A stretch of 64,000 nucleotides of DNA from contig CP055308.1 of assembly GCA_013374855.1 (NCBI GenBank), positions 532,071 to 596,070 of the forward strand. Reading direction: 5' to 3'. The DNA comes from Candidatus Woesebacteria bacterium. Lineage in GTDB: Bacteria > Patescibacteriota > Microgenomatia > UBA8517. Positions 40,086-49,898 of the stretch are shown piece after piece (position 1 is the stretch's first letter; each line of letters opens with the position of its first letter). Below the pieces are notes generated by a model. That model was not told the origin of the DNA. It worked only from the letters and a program-made list of their open reading frames with translations, and did no database searches. A program made the position numbers and the translations under genes.

Positions 40086-40257
40086 TGTAGCTTATTAATC
40101 AACTTAGAGCTAGCTGGTTTTATTTTCAATTACCAACTTGATAAAATATGGCTCGATACTTTTTTATTTTTTCACAGTGTATGCACAATATTTTTTGGTC
40201 TTATGTTATTTTAATGTTGTTAGATTTTGCAGTTTGAACAATCTATTCTTATATAAG

Positions 40258-41355
40258 ATGAAAATACTTTATGATTATCAGATTTTTAGTTTTCAAGAGT
40301 ATGGGGGTATCTCTAGGTATTTTTATGAATTGATCAAAGGAATGGAGAAATTAGGCAACGAAGTTTTTATTGATGGAAGGTTTTCTAATAATATTTTTTT
40401 GCCCAAATTAAAAGGTGGGGTTAAAAAATTTTTGCCTGATTATAAATTGCCATATAAAAATATTTTGTTATTTTATCTTAATAGATTTTTGGACGGTGAG
40501 AGATTGAAGAAAGGGAATTTTGATATTTTTCATCCTACTTATTATCATCCTTATTTTCTTCCGTTGCTAAAAGGCAGACCTTATGTGGTTACTGTTTTTG
40601 ATATGACTCATGAATTGTTTCCTGATAAATGTGGTGGTTTTATAAAGAAAACCTTAGAGTATAAGAGAAAGGTTGTTTTGGGAGCTAATAAGATTATTGC
40701 AATATCTGAAAGTACAAAAAATGATTTAATTAGATTATATGGTTTATCTAAAAGTAAGATAGAAGTCATATATTTGGGTAATCCATTGGAAGGAGTAAGA
40801 CCTTTAAAGGTTCCATCTCTGCCAGCGAATTACATTCTTTATGTTGGTAATCGCTCCGGTTATAAAAACTTTTTGTTTTTTGTGGAATCTATATCGACCA
40901 TTCTTATTAGAGAGAAAGATCTTTTTCTTGTGTGTGCCGGGGGTGGTGATTTTTCTAGCCAAGAGAGTAAATTGTTTTCTAAGTTGGGAATTCTTGGGAA
41001 AGTAAAACAAGTAAGTTTTAAAAGTGACAGAGAATTGGCTTATATTTACAAAAAAGCCAAAGTTTATGTACTTCCTTCACTATACGAAGGTTTTGGTCTA
41101 ACTGTTTTAGAGGCTTTTTCTATGGGCTGTCCTGTTATTGCAAGTAACAGAAGTTCTATACCTGAAGTTTGTGGAAAGGCTGCTGTCTATGTAAATCCAG
41201 AGGATAGAGAATCTATAAAAATAGCTGTTGAAAAAGTTTTGTCGGATGAAGATGTTAGAAATCATATAGTTTACTTAGGTTTTTTAACATTAAAGAGATT
41301 TTCTTGGGCCAAAACTGTTACAGAAACGTTGAATGTTTATAAATCTCTATGTTAG
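40258..41355 (+). CDS. GT4 glycosyltransferase (MtfB-like)
   Basis: MKILYD..QEYGGISRY, YVGNR.YKNF and YEGFGL motifs. Confidence 0.9.
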   Translation: MKILYDYQIFSFQEYGGISRYFYELIKGMEKLGNEVFIDGRFSNNIFLPKLKGGVKKFLPDYKLPYKNILLFYLNRFLDGERLKKGNFDIFHPTYYHPYFLPLLKGRPYVVTVFDMTHELFPDKCGGFIKKTLEYKRKVVLGANKIIAISESTKNDLIRLYGLSKSKIEVIYLGNPLEGVRPLKVPSLPANYILYVGNRSGYKNFLFFVESISTILIREKDLFLVCAGGGDFSSQESKLFSKLGILGKVKQVSFKSDRELAYIYKKAKVYVLPSLYEGFGLTVLEAFSMGCPVIASNRSSIPEVCGKAAVYVNPEDRESIKIAVEKVLSDEDVRNHIVYLGFLTLKRFSWAKTVTETLNVYKSLC

Positions 41356-41370
41356 TCTTGATTTGAAATA

Positions 41371-42501
41371 ATGAGAAATGTTCTTTTTTTAACAAATGAT
41401 ATAAATTTGCAAAAAGGAGGTCAGGAGTTGGCAAATAAGTATTTAGTTGGTGTTTTGAGTAAAAAGTTTAATTTGAGTATTATAAATCTTAAGTTTTATC
41501 CAATCGCCACACACTATGGTAAGGTTAGATTGGATTTTGAAGTTGATTTTGTAAATTTGGGTTTTTTAAGTGGTTTTAAGCAATTGATATCTTTATTAAG
41601 AGAAGTTCTAAAAAAAAATAGTTTTGATTTGGTTGTGATATCTGCTAATCCATTTTCTACACTTCTTTTATTTTTTATTTTAAAGTCTCATTTCTTGTTT
41701 AAAAAACTTAAGGTGGTCCATTGGTGTCATATAGATCCTTTGTCTTCTATATTTCGGGCGTCTAGAATTCCGTTTATACTTTATCCTTTGGGTCTATTTT
41801 TGTATAGGAAATTTGATTTAATAGTTATTACGAACCCTTTTATGGGGAAAGTTTTTAATAATTATTATTTTGTTCCGAAAAGAAAGATGAAACTAATAAC
41901 TTATCCACTAAGACCTGATTTTGATAAAAAGATTAAGGAAAAGATAAAATTTAATTTTTCAAGGCCTGTGGTTGTTACTGCAACTAGGCTTACACAGACA
42001 CAAAAAGATCCAGCTACTTTAATTAAGGCTTTTAAGATTGTTAATAAAAAATTTCCGAGCGCTTCTTTATTGCTTTTGGGTGATGGTCCAGATAAGGAAA
42101 AATTAAGAATGTTAGCTAAGGAGTTAGGTATCTATAATAGTGTCCATTTTCTGGGTTTTGTTGATAACCCGCTTGGGTATTTTAGACGATCTGATGTTTT
42201 TGTTTTGTCTAGTAGAAGTGAAGGTACCCCAATTGTACTTGTTGAAGCTCAAGCTTGCGGTGTGCCAATAGTGGCTACTGATTGTCCAGTGGGTCCAAGG
42301 TGGGTTTTGGATTCGGGGAAAGCTGGTATTCTAACTAAAGTTGGTTCTTCTGATGAATTGGCAAATGCTATAATAAATCTGTTAAGCAAAAAAGAACCAG
42401 CTAGTAAAATGGTGAATAGGGGATTGTTATTATCAAAAAGGTTTGCTTTTAGGAAATTTGAGCTAGATTGGGTTAGGACTTTAAATAAATTAATAAGTTA
42501 A
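41371..42501 (+). CDS. GT4 glycosyltransferase (WabH-like)
   Basis: QKD, GDGP and SEGTPIVLVEAQACG motifs. Confidence 0.85.
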   Translation: MRNVLFLTNDINLQKGGQELANKYLVGVLSKKFNLSIINLKFYPIATHYGKVRLDFEVDFVNLGFLSGFKQLISLLREVLKKNSFDLVVISANPFSTLLLFFILKSHFLFKKLKVVHWCHIDPLSSIFRASRIPFILYPLGLFLYRKFDLIVITNPFMGKVFNNYYFVPKRKMKLITYPLRPDFDKKIKEKIKFNFSRPVVVTATRLTQTQKDPATLIKAFKIVNKKFPSASLLLLGDGPDKEKLRMLAKELGIYNSVHFLGFVDNPLGYFRRSDVFVLSSRSEGTPIVLVEAQACGVPIVATDCPVGPRWVLDSGKAGILTKVGSSDELANAIINLLSKKEPASKMVNRGLLLSKRFAFRKFELDWVRTLNKLIS

Positions 42502-42502
42502 T

Positions 42503-43642
42503 ATGAAATATTTTAATTCTAAAGAGGTTTTACTAGATGTAATTTCTGATTGCCAAAAAAACTTTTTAAATAATTTCAATACCAGTTTTGTTTATTTTTC
42601 TAAGTCGATTAGGGCAGACAATTTTTTATATGTACTTTTTCGTACCTTTACGAACCAAAGAATTAGAGATCGAGTTTTTAGGTTGATTGGTTTTTTCAAA
42701 AATTTGAAAAGCAAGGAGTATGATTTTAAGTATGTGGATAATAATGAGTATGAATATTTAAAGTGTTATTCTTTAGATTATCTAAATTATGTTTTTAAGT
42801 ACAATCCGCTTCTTAATTTATCTTATTTTTCTTTAAGGGATAAGAAAGAAATTCTTAGTTTTATTAAGAAATATTTTTATTTTGTTTTTCTGGGAAAAAT
42901 TCCAAAATCTCTTTTTACTGATGAGGAGTTGTTTTTTGAGAAAAAAAGAATAGAAGAGCAAGACAAGATTAGAATTGTTTCTGGTCATTTTGAATATCGT
43001 GGTTTTAAGACTTGTTTTCCAGCGATTATTAACCTTGTAGATTTTAGTTGCTATAAAGTTTCTAATAGAAGAATTAAGATCGCTTTAGATTTGGGTGGTT
43101 TTATCGGAGATACTGCTTATGCTATTTATAGAACCCTAAGTCCCGATAAGATTTTTGTTTTTGAACCAAACCCTGAGAATATGTCTATTTTGAGACAAAA
43201 TATTAAACTAAATTCGCTAGATAAATTTGTTGTACCGGTAGAGATGGCTGTAGGTCTAAAAGAGGGTAGATTTTCTTTTAAAATGGCGGGTGGTGCTTCT
43301 GGGTTGTTGGGTAGTAATGTTCTAAGCAGTAATGATTCTGTTATTAATGTAAAAGTTACATCTATAGATAACTTTGTTAAGAAGAATAAAATAAACAAAG
43401 TTGATTTTATAAAGATGGATATTGAGGGAGCAGAATTTGACGCGCTAAAGGGTGCTGTTAATACCTTAAGAAGAGATAAACCTGATTTGTTGATTGCTAT
43501 TTATCACAAAGGAGAGCATTTTTTTGAAATCCCCGGTTGGCTTAAGAAGCAAGTTCCTGAGTACAATCTTAGATTTGTGGCGATGAATGGTGCCTCTCCT
43601 ATAATGGAAAGGTATATTGCCGCTTCTGTCAGAAAAATATAA
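42503..43642 (+). CDS. FkbM-family methyltransferase
   Basis: DLGGFIGD, FEPNP, IKMDIEGAE and AIYH motifs. Confidence 0.9.
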   Translation: MKYFNSKEVLLDVISDCQKNFLNNFNTSFVYFSKSIRADNFLYVLFRTFTNQRIRDRVFRLIGFFKNLKSKEYDFKYVDNNEYEYLKCYSLDYLNYVFKYNPLLNLSYFSLRDKKEILSFIKKYFYFVFLGKIPKSLFTDEELFFEKKRIEEQDKIRIVSGHFEYRGFKTCFPAIINLVDFSCYKVSNRRIKIALDLGGFIGDTAYAIYRTLSPDKIFVFEPNPENMSILRQNIKLNSLDKFVVPVEMAVGLKEGRFSFKMAGGASGLLGSNVLSSNDSVINVKVTSIDNFVKKNKINKVDFIKMDIEGAEFDALKGAVNTLRRDKPDLLIAIYHKGEHFFEIPGWLKKQVPEYNLRFVAMNGASPIMERYIAASVRKI

Positions 43643-43856
43643 TCTAGTTTGTTTGGCTCGATCTCTTAAACTGCCATTTTTTGACAGTATGTTGAAATGT
43701 ACCTGGATTGCTTATTCTATAAATGGGGGAGGTGTTTAAAATTTTTTTTATATCTTATCTTCTGTAGTATAATTTTCTCTAATGTATCTTTCATTTTCTG
43801 ATGCTAATAAGTTTGCTCTTGACGGCGTATAAAGTTTTGGTGGGGTAATGGTTCAT

Positions 43857-43885
43857 TTGACAAAATATGATTTTTGTTTCACAAT
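43857..43885 (+). promoter_or_regulatory. Putative sigma70 promoter of the AbiE operon
   Basis: TTGACA (43857-43862), 17-nt spacer, CACAAT (43880-43885). Confidence 0.5.
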
Positions 43886-43894
43886 TACTACCAA

Positions 43895-44530
43895 ATGTGG
43901 GGTATTTCTGAAATAAAAAATAAGGATTTAATAGAAAACAAGCCTTATATTACTCGCAGTGAGCTTGCTATTTTGCTTGATAAAAGCAGCAAAAACCTTG
44001 ATAAAAAAATTTTAAGTCTTATCAAAAGCCGGTATTTACTCCCTCTCAAGAAAGGTCTTTATACAACCACAATCTATAAAATTAAATCCCCGCCGGGTTT
44101 TGAGGAATACCTTGCTAATATTATTTACTATCCTTCATATCTTTCATTGGAGTATGTTTTGTCAAAAGAAGGTGTGATACCCGAGTCTGTTTATGTATAT
44201 ACTTCTATAACTTCAAAGACAACTCGTTTTTTTGAAAATGAGGTGGGCAAGTTTAGTTACAGGAAAATTAGCGGCAAATTGTTTGATGGGTTTACTCTTA
44301 AAGATTTTGAGAGCGGACTGAAGATAAAAATAGCTTCAAAATCAAAAGCGCTTTTTGATTTTTTCTATTTGAAGCCTTTCAAAAATATAGAGTTAGAGAT
44401 TGACGATCTGAGGATAAACTGGAATGTGTTTGATTTATCTGATCTTAATGAGTTTTATTTTTGGGTTGATGTTTCCCAATCTCCAAAGATGGAAAAAATA
44501 AAGAAAATAGTTAGAGATAAAATTTTATGA
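43895..44530 (+). CDS. AbiEi-like antitoxin (type IV TA)
   Basis: LKKGLY, PSYLSLEY.L..G.IPE and KALFD motifs; coupled to the AbiEii gene. Confidence 0.85.
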   Translation: MWGISEIKNKDLIENKPYITRSELAILLDKSSKNLDKKILSLIKSRYLLPLKKGLYTTTIYKIKSPPGFEEYLANIIYYPSYLSLEYVLSKEGVIPESVYVYTSITSKTTRFFENEVGKFSYRKISGKLFDGFTLKDFESGLKIKIASKSKALFDFFYLKPFKNIELEIDDLRINWNVFDLSDLNEFYFWVDVSQSPKMEKIKKIVRDKIL

Positions 44531-45369
44531 TACTTGATAACCTAAAATTAACAGTAGATAGAAATAAAGATAAGAATAAACTTTATTTGAGAAACCTTCT
44601 GAAAGAGGAGCTGCAGTATTATGTTTTGAACTATGTCTATAATTCTGTTTATGGACCAAAGTTTTTATTTAAGGGTGGAACTGCTCTTCGTTTTTGTCTT
44701 GATTTGCCTAGAGTTTCTGAAGATTTGGATTTTGATGTTTTTGATTATGAGAATTTTAACCATTCTGACTTTGCTGGTGATTTAAAGGATTATTTTTCTA
44801 AAAGACTGGGGTTTGACGACTTGAATATTAGTATTTCGGGGAAAAATAAGATAATTTATCTTAAGTTTTTTGTGCTAGATAAGATTGGTTTTCCTTTAGA
44901 GAAAGGCAAACCTTCGGATAAAAATCTTTTCTTGAGGATAGACTTGGCTCCTGTTATGGGAGAGTTTTATAAACAGGAAGTTTCACTTAAGTCTGCTTAT
45001 GATTTTTCCTTCATTATTAAAAGATACTCTTTTGAGGACATTTTGTCCGGAAAAATTTTTGCCGTGTTAAGTAGGTGGAGATTTCAGGGTAAAAATATAG
45101 AACCGCGATTCAAGGGCAGAGATTATTTTGATATATTCTGGCTTTCAGGGAAGGGTATAAAACCGAATCTTAAGTATCTTTACAGTCTTGTGGGTTTCAA
45201 GAATAAGAAGCTCCTCAAAAGTAAAATTCAAGAAAAGATTAATCAGGCATTAAAAAAGAAAGAAATGATAAGAGATGATTTAATACCCTTTTTCCAAGAG
45301 AGGAAATTTGTTGACGATTTTATTGAAAATTTTGAATCTTTTGGAAGATATTTTCTTGAAAATCTTTGA
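44527..45369 (+). CDS. AbiEii/AbiGii nucleotidyltransferase toxin
   Basis: FKGGTAL, RVSEDLDF, K and RDYFD motifs. Confidence 0.9.
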   Translation: MILDNLKLTVDRNKDKNKLYLRNLLKEELQYYVLNYVYNSVYGPKFLFKGGTALRFCLDLPRVSEDLDFDVFDYENFNHSDFAGDLKDYFSKRLGFDDLNISISGKNKIIYLKFFVLDKIGFPLEKGKPSDKNLFLRIDLAPVMGEFYKQEVSLKSAYDFSFIIKRYSFEDILSGKIFAVLSRWRFQGKNIEPRFKGRDYFDIFWLSGKGIKPNLKYLYSLVGFKNKKLLKSKIQEKINQALKKKEMIRDDLIPFFQERKFVDDFIENFESFGRYFLENL

Positions 45370-45380
45370 TTTTATAGATT

Positions 45381-46940
45381 ATGTTTTCGCTTTTTCTTTC
45401 TTTTTCTGATGCTGCTAAATTTGCTGATGTTGCAAGGAATTTTGTGGAAGGAAAAGGTTGGGGTTCTTCTTTTTCTTTTTTTTCTCCTTCTATTTTTGAC
45501 CAGCTCTCAAGGCCAGTTTTTGATATGGGAATTTTTCCGCTTCAGCCGTTTTTTATTTCCTTGTTTTTTCGTGTTTTCGGAATAAGTGACTTTGCTGTTG
45601 TTGCCACTTCATTTTTCTTTTATTTGCTTTCTTTAATTTTTGTATTTTTATTGGCAAATAAAGTTTTTGAAAATAAAATTATTGCTTTTCTTTCTTTTTT
45701 GGCAGTTGCTTTTAACATAAATCTTATTGATTATGCAACAAGTGGGGCATCAGAACCCTTGTTTATTGCGGAGGTTGTCTTGGCTTTTTATTTGGTTTCT
45801 TTTAAGAAAAGAATTGCGGATATTTTTGCAATTTTTGTGCTTATTTTGGCTTATTTTACAAGAGCTCATGCTTTTATTTATATAGCAGGGGCAATTCTTT
45901 TTTGGCTTTCCTTGAGATTTAACCTGAAAAAAACTGTTTTTTATTTTGGTGCGGTTTTATTTTTGGGGGTTTTATTTGATCGACTGGTTTTATACCCATT
46001 GTCAGGCAAGTTTTTTATTTATTCAGTGTTGGGAAGCGGACAGTTTGCTGTTTTGCAACACAGCCCGGATTGGGCGGTGTCGGATACTTTGAGGGGGCTT
46101 CCACGGCAGTCTTTTGATTTTTTGGCTTTGTTTAAAAAAGTTTTCTATAACCTTTACAATTTCTATAAGTTAATGCCAAATATTCTAAACCCATATCTTT
46201 TTGCTCTTTTTGTTATTTCTTTTTTTGTTCCTTCAAAATCAAAAACAATTGGTGCTTTTAAGACTGCATCTTTTTTTGTCTTTATTTTTGTTTTTTTAGT
46301 GGCGGCGCTGACTATTCCTTTTTACCGCTATCTTCACCCTGTGGTTCCTTTTGTTTATGTATTGGGGGTAGCAACTTTAGTTGGGTTCTTGAATGCAGAT
46401 TATAAAATGGGAAAGAAGATAGGTTCTTTTTCAATTCGCGGTTTTCTTGCTGTATTTTTGATTTTTATATTTGCAGTTGGGCAGAGTGTTGGTGTTTTAG
46501 TGTTGGACAGGCGGTTTGAAAGAAAAATTTATAATTTTGGAAAACCTCCGGTTTACGTGGAGCTTGCTCATGTTTTGAAAGAAAACACAGATGAAAACCA
46601 AGTAGTAGTTACCAATCTTGATACTTGGGGAAGCTGGTATGGAAAGCGTAAGACTGTTTGGTTTCCTCTTGAACCAAAACAATTGATTAACCCTAAAAAT
46701 GGGGAAATTCCTTTTGATGCGATTTATCTGACAAACTACAAAATGGACGACCCGAATTATTATATGGGAAAAGAATGGCGGATGATTTTTGAAAATCCTC
46801 AAAATCCAGAAAAATGGGAGTGTGATGGGTGTTTTGAGATTGCAAAGAATTATACTCTCAAGGTAATTTACAAAATTAGCCCCGGTGATGTTTATGAAAA
46901 AGAGGAGGGGGTAGGAGTACTTTTTGTTAAAAAGAATTGA
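45381..46940 (+). CDS. GT-C glycosyltransferase (PMT_2-like)
   Basis: SDAAKFADVARN, SEPL and RYLHP motifs. Confidence 0.75.
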   Translation: MFSLFLSFSDAAKFADVARNFVEGKGWGSSFSFFSPSIFDQLSRPVFDMGIFPLQPFFISLFFRVFGISDFAVVATSFFFYLLSLIFVFLLANKVFENKIIAFLSFLAVAFNINLIDYATSGASEPLFIAEVVLAFYLVSFKKRIADIFAIFVLILAYFTRAHAFIYIAGAILFWLSLRFNLKKTVFYFGAVLFLGVLFDRLVLYPLSGKFFIYSVLGSGQFAVLQHSPDWAVSDTLRGLPRQSFDFLALFKKVFYNLYNFYKLMPNILNPYLFALFVISFFVPSKSKTIGAFKTASFFVFIFVFLVAALTIPFYRYLHPVVPFVYVLGVATLVGFLNADYKMGKKIGSFSIRGFLAVFLIFIFAVGQSVGVLVLDRRFERKIYNFGKPPVYVELAHVLKENTDENQVVVTNLDTWGSWYGKRKTVWFPLEPKQLINPKNGEIPFDAIYLTNYKMDDPNYYMGKEWRMIFENPQNPEKWECDGCFEIAKNYTLKVIYKISPGDVYEKEEGVGVLFVKKN

Positions 46941-46974
46941 ATAGTTTTTTAGAAGCTGGCTGTTAAATGAATAA

Positions 46975-47487
46975 TCATTTTTTGCTTTTTGTTAAAACCT
47001 TCTTTGCTGCTGAAATAAATGATTGTTTGGCGTGACCGACCTCATACAATAAGGTAAAAGTTGCGGGTATATAAAACATCTAATCTCGCATATGCCTTTT
47101 TCTTTTTTGTAGGAACAATATGTTTCTTCATTTTCATCTAGTTTTATTATTTTTATCTTGCTTATAATATTTTTGTTTTTGGGGTCTATTTTCTTCTAGA
47201 AAAAGTTTGTTATTTCTTATGCTTCTTCAATAAAGTTTTTGGTGATATTTTTGGGTATGCCGGTTTTTTGGCTTATTTGTTCTATGAAGTTTTTGTATCC
47301 TTTTTGTTTTGACTCTTGGTTTAGAAGCTTTGTAAGCTTGGTGAAGTGTCTTTCAGCTTCTTTCAATAATTTTATGTGTTTGCCAAAGCTTGTGACCTTT
47401 TCTTTGTAAGAAACCTTGGAGATTGGTATTTTTCTTATTTTAGGTGGGGTAATAATTTTTTAATCTTTTTGTATTCTTTTTTTCCAC
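46975..47487 (-). pseudogene. Degraded gene with a zincin-like motif (TLLYEVGHA)
   Basis: Fragmented frame from GTG 47487; frameshift near 47457, stops at 47217 and 47196; YEVGH at 47032-47046. Confidence 0.45.
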
Positions 47488-47507
47488 TTAATTATTTTTT
47501 AAAGAAG

Positions 47508-47933
47508 TCATTTTATTTTAGTTTGTAATTTAAAAACTTTTTTTCTAGTTTCCATTTTTGTTTGGGTCTTTGAGTAATCTAGCACTTCTTCTAGGAATTG
47601 CTTAAAAAATGGTGAATCTGGATGTCTTACATAAAAACCAAGTTCTGCTGCTGATTCGATGGCAGAGAAAAGTGTCTTTTCCTCTTCAATTAGTTTTCTC
47701 ACTTTTACCATAAAGTTAAAAAGCTTTTCTGAAATTGAAGAAAGTTCGTCAATTGAAATTTTTCCTTTTTCAAAATCTTTTATTGTCATAAGAAAAATTT
47801 TTTTTATCTGGTCTGTATTAATTTCTTTTTTTTCACTTTCAATTCCAGCTTTCTTTTTGTATTCCTCGAATTTTTTATAAGGGAAGGGGATTGTAATAAT
47901 TTTATTTATTTTCTTGGTTTTTAGACTTTTCAT
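47508..47933 (-). CDS. Hypothetical protein, paralog of 57259-57618
   Basis: Shares GKxSIDxLS...KLF and ELxFYxRxPD with the paralog. Confidence 0.75.
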   Translation of the reverse strand: MKSLKTKKINKIITIPFPYKKFEEYKKKAGIESEKKEINTDQIKKIFLMTIKDFEKGKISIDELSSISEKLFNFMVKVRKLIEEEKTLFSAIESAAELGFYVRHPDSPFFKQFLEEVLDYSKTQTKMETRKKVFKLQTKIK

Positions 47934-48115
47934 ATTGTATTTTTCTGATTACTGTCTAATTATAAAATAAACAAAGGGGTTGTTGAAGTTGCTTAAAAAA
48001 GTTTGGAAGGATAATCAGATATAGTTAGAAGATTAAATTAATTCTATCCTTGTGGTTCTGAGGATTTTTGTAATTTTGTTTGCTATTTAGTTTTTTAAAT
48101 TTATAAAATGATATT

Positions 48116-49417
48116 GTGAAGATTTTTAAGGTGCTTTTCTATTTGCCCACCTTTTCTATTGTTTTGGTTGGTTTTTATCTTATTGTTTCAACGTCGCTTT
48201 ATGTTCGTTATTGGGTTGATGATTTTTGTTCTGCTGCTTTTTTAAAAGATAATGGTTTTTGGGGCGCTCAACTTGGTTGGTGGAAAAGTTGGACAGGTAG
48301 GTATTCAGCTGTATTTTTTACTAGTCTATTTGAGCTTGTTGGTCCATGGGTAGTAAGGTTTTTGCCTATTTTTTTGTTTTTATTGTTGGTTTTTACATCT
48401 TATCTTATTCTTAAAAATTTTTTGATATCTGCTTTGTTTGTTATTTTAGTCTTTATTAATTCACCAAACATTATTCAATCTTTTTATTGGCAAACAGGAT
48501 TATTGAATTACACAGCAGAGTTTGTATTTCTTAATATTTTTCTAGTTTTTTTGCTTTTTAAGAAAAGAGCCAGCCTTATTTTTCCTTTTTTATTTACTTT
48601 TATTGCCGGCGGTTTTTCTGAGGCTTTTGCTCTTGGGTCAATTCCATTTTTTTTGTGTCTGGGAGTTGCCTTGCATTTTTTTTATAGAGAAAAAAGAGAT
48701 AAAAAATTAAAAGTTTGGATTGCAGGTCTATTGGGTATTTTGTTCTCGCTTTTTCTTATGAGCCTTTCTCCCGGTAATGCAACAAGATCTGAATTTGTTA
48801 CAAGACCTGAGAGTTTTTCCTTTGTCGCAAGGTCTACTTTTTTGGCGACTAGGTGGTACTTATTAAGAATGTTTTCTATTAACACTTTTGTTTATTCTTT
48901 GTTTGTTGCTTTTCTGACTATATTTTTATTTTTTAGAGAGGTTAAGTTGAATTTAAGAGATGGGTTTCTTTTTTCTTTTATTTTTTTTATAGGGGGGATT
49001 TTTTCTGTGATGCTTGTAATATTTTCTGGTTTTTATTCTATGTCGATATTACCACCTGAGAGAACTTTATTTTTAGCGGTGTGTTTGTTTTTTTATTGTT
49101 TTTTTATTGCTTCATTTTTTGTTGTAGGAGTTGTTAATAAATATCTGGTCAGTAAACTTAATAATATTGTTAATATAGCATTTATTTTAAATATGTTTTT
49201 TTCTGTAATTTTATTTTTTAATTTCTACCCTCATTGGATAAATGTTAGAAAAGAAGTTAAAGATTATGCAATTGCTTGGGATGTTGAGGTAAGAAATTTA
49301 CCTGAAGTAAAAAATGTAAAACCAGTTGGGGGTCTTGATAGCTTTACTGATAATAAAGGTTGGGTTTCTTCATGTATTGCAAGATATTATGGTTTTGAGG
49401 AAATTATTGTGAAGTAA
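48116..49417 (+). CDS. GT-C-like membrane protein (DUF6056-like)
   Basis: DDFC, WTGRY, FYW.TG..NY and SPGN motifs. Confidence 0.65.
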   Translation: MKIFKVLFYLPTFSIVLVGFYLIVSTSLYVRYWVDDFCSAAFLKDNGFWGAQLGWWKSWTGRYSAVFFTSLFELVGPWVVRFLPIFLFLLLVFTSYLILKNFLISALFVILVFINSPNIIQSFYWQTGLLNYTAEFVFLNIFLVFLLFKKRASLIFPFLFTFIAGGFSEAFALGSIPFFLCLGVALHFFYREKRDKKLKVWIAGLLGILFSLFLMSLSPGNATRSEFVTRPESFSFVARSTFLATRWYLLRMFSINTFVYSLFVAFLTIFLFFREVKLNLRDGFLFSFIFFIGGIFSVMLVIFSGFYSMSILPPERTLFLAVCLFFYCFFIASFFVVGVVNKYLVSKLNNIVNIAFILNMFFSVILFFNFYPHWINVRKEVKDYAIAWDVEVRNLPEVKNVKPVGGLDSFTDNKGWVSSCIARYYGFEEIIVK

Positions 49418-49548
49418 TTTTTTTATCCTTTTTTAGATAGATTTTTTCTTATTTTTGCAAGATCTTATTTTGTCTTATGGATTTCTCCAATGGTTGCATT
49501 TTTTTTATAATTACTTGCCTTTTGTAATTTTTATTTGATTTAAGGTTT

Positions 49549-49800
49549 CTAGTAATCTTTTCTGTTGCTTTTGCGGTTGGATTCTCTCCAGAGTTGGACA
49601 GAGTAGCACTCGTTAACATTTGAGCATTTGCCTCCTTGGACTGGACACTCTTTTGATTTTCTGCCATTTACTCGTTGTCCGCAATCTCTTCTATAAATTT
49701 GATTCCAAGCCTCTGTTTCGGTGTCTGGTTCTACATTAATTCCTATTTCTTCCATTAATCTGCGCGCCGCTTCGTCAAGTGATGTTTTTCTTTCTCCCAT
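49549..49800 (-). CDS. Small Cys-containing hypothetical protein
   Basis: 83-aa ORF filling an intergenic gap; protein-like composition with 4 Cys; TAAAAT upstream. Confidence 0.5.
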   Translation of the reverse strand: MGERKTSLDEAARRLMEEIGINVEPDTETEAWNQIYRRDCGQRVNGRKSKECPVQGGKCSNVNECYSVQLWRESNRKSNRKDY

Positions 49801-49898
49801 ATTGGGTCATATTTTATAATTTTTGAGTTTAATAATCAAATTTTTGAATGAGAATTAAGAGTAGATAAATAATCTGTAATCTTTGCTAAAATAAGACA

